This document shows, piece by piece, positions 62,301 through 64,000 of a DNA stretch of 64,000 nt (positions are counted from its first letter, which is position 1; every line of letters begins with the position of its first letter). Both the position numbers and the translations under genes were made by a program. Source of the stretch: Ophelia neglecta (Eukaryota); contig OZ260664.1 in NCBI GenBank assembly GCA_965285935.1, forward strand, positions 83,700,001 through 83,764,000, in the 5' to 3' direction. Below the pieces are notes generated by a model. The model was not told the DNA's origin. It saw nothing but the letters and a program-made list of their open reading frames with translations, and ran no database searches.

Positions 62301-64000
62301 CTCTCATTTACTGCATCAGGAGTATTTTGGCCACCAGGCCTATAATTAGCATTGAAAAACATCAGCAAAAAAGAACATGATGCAATTTCATCCAAGACTC
62401 CCAGGATGCAACAGATAAATAAAGACTTAAGTAGGTTCATACGAAGAAACAAGGAAAGGTAATTGCAGAAAAACTAAATGTATCCATCATTCTATCCCCT
62501 GATCACTGGAGCTTGTATATTCAAGGAGTATTCATTTAACAGTCTCTGTGAATTCTTAAATAGAATAAAACCCATTTGCTGCAATGTAATCACAATGTTT
62601 CAGAGTTAGAGACGATCTTCGGCAGAGTTTGGGACTGAAGTTTAAGATGTATGTTCAGTGGGCATCCCTGTATCTTCACTGGAGCCCATATCACTTCTGG
62701 AGCTTGTCCGCCATCAAGCTCCACAATAATAATAAGACTGGTCAGAGGAGATGGGCTTTTTTCAAGGTTTGGCAATATGGGCAGTGTGAGTCAAGGCCAG
62801 GCTTAATGTGGATCACCAGCCTACAGGTCGTAGGCTTTACACATGGCTGAAGGGCATAATGAGGGCATAATGATGGCTATACGAGGGCATAACGGGAAAG
62901 AGAGAAAGGCCCAAAGTGGGAGCAATCTGCAGGAAGGAATTGGTGGCTTCCTGAAAAGACCAGTTGATTAATATTCTTAGCTATGAAAGAACCCCAGCTG
63001 AAACCATGGTAACTAGCCATTCACAGGAAATTCCCTTTTATTGGGAGTTTCCAGGGGTGGATGGTATTCAGGGAGAGAAAATAGCCATGTAGAGATAACA
63101 CAGCTGTCCCACTGCGCTAGCTATATTGTTTTATTCTCCTTTGTACAGCTCTCACATCAAACAATGCTTAAGCCAAAAGCTTATTAACATATAAAGGAGA
63201 AAAAAACTCAAAGCACAATATAATCAGTGTTTAAATCTCACTGCCTCTAGTACCTAACAACCCCACAATGCAGATATTGCTGCCAGAAAAAAAGAATGAG
63301 CAGAGGAGGAAGTAATTACAAAATAATCTATGTGTTTAATCTCTCTGGCCTGGCTGATTTAACATATTGAGAGCAGTCAGGCAGACTCAGCCAACTCATA
63401 ACTCACAATTAGGTCATTTATCAAACAAAACTGTATACAGAATCAATGCTTATATGATGGACAATGCCCTAGGTAGGGTGTTAATGCCAAACAGAAGACT
63501 TAACTGCCAATAGGAATCAGTTTGTGGTGTCAATAAGGGGTGAGGCAGACAGCCACAATAAGCTGTTGTCCCATATTGAGTAATGTGTAAGGCATGATCT
63601 GCATAGCAAGCTATCAATAGCAAACCCAAAGACATAAATTACTATGGCCAAGCCTTGTGCTTGTCATTGCCAGCCAATGTATGTGTTTGGAGCCTTATTG
63701 ACAGCATGATCCTTGACAATCATGCACCAGCAATGCAGTGCTTTGGCCTATTCTGGCAGATGACCTCAATTATGTGTTGTGCAGAGACAGTCTGCTACAA
63801 TTATCCAGATTCCAAATCTGATTAACGTATTGGGAATTGGAGCACCTTGTCAAGCCCGCATGCTGGCTCCCCTTTCATTACCGTCATTTCCCCCCTTTCC
63901 CTCAGCATGTCAACATTGGCTATGTCTTGTCCACATTGCCACAAATCTAATAATTCTCCAAACCCAGCCTTACCAAGCCGCCCACACTTGCCTGTTGGCT

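Overview
This is eukaryotic (animal) genomic DNA: CpG-poor, repeat-rich, with one 135-N assembly gap. An invertebrate, possibly lophotrochozoan, origin is inferred from the repeat types. The whole window lies inside one large minus-strand neuron navigator gene (NAV / unc-53 / sickie family). Four internal exons join in phase through GT-AG junctions: 13633-12157, 11840-11597, 10987-10911 and 1089-1015. The N-terminal CH-domain exons must lie beyond 64000 and the C-terminal AAA-ATPase exons before position 1. The main hidden structure is a set of candidate alternative first exons. In the >50 kb intron, several short ATG-to-donor exons all end in phase 2, matching the acceptor at 13633. They would give different N-termini: an N-myristoylation consensus (42799-42696), a polybasic/NLS-like peptide (38355-38228), a transmembrane signal-anchor (26242-26130) and a Pro-rich peptide (15666-15551). 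A second intron holds an 891-codon repeat-rich disordered exon (4693-2021) with its own CCAAT/TATA/Inr-like promoter and a phase-0 donor matching the coiled-coil exon. Also present are a candidate recursive splice site with an RS-exon (52827-52748), TA-flanked MITEs (one family amplifies its own terminus into tandem arrays), a degenerate Penelope-type hammerhead remnant, and many minisatellites. No rRNA, tRNA or CRISPR array was found. All exon calls were read by eye and need RNA evidence.
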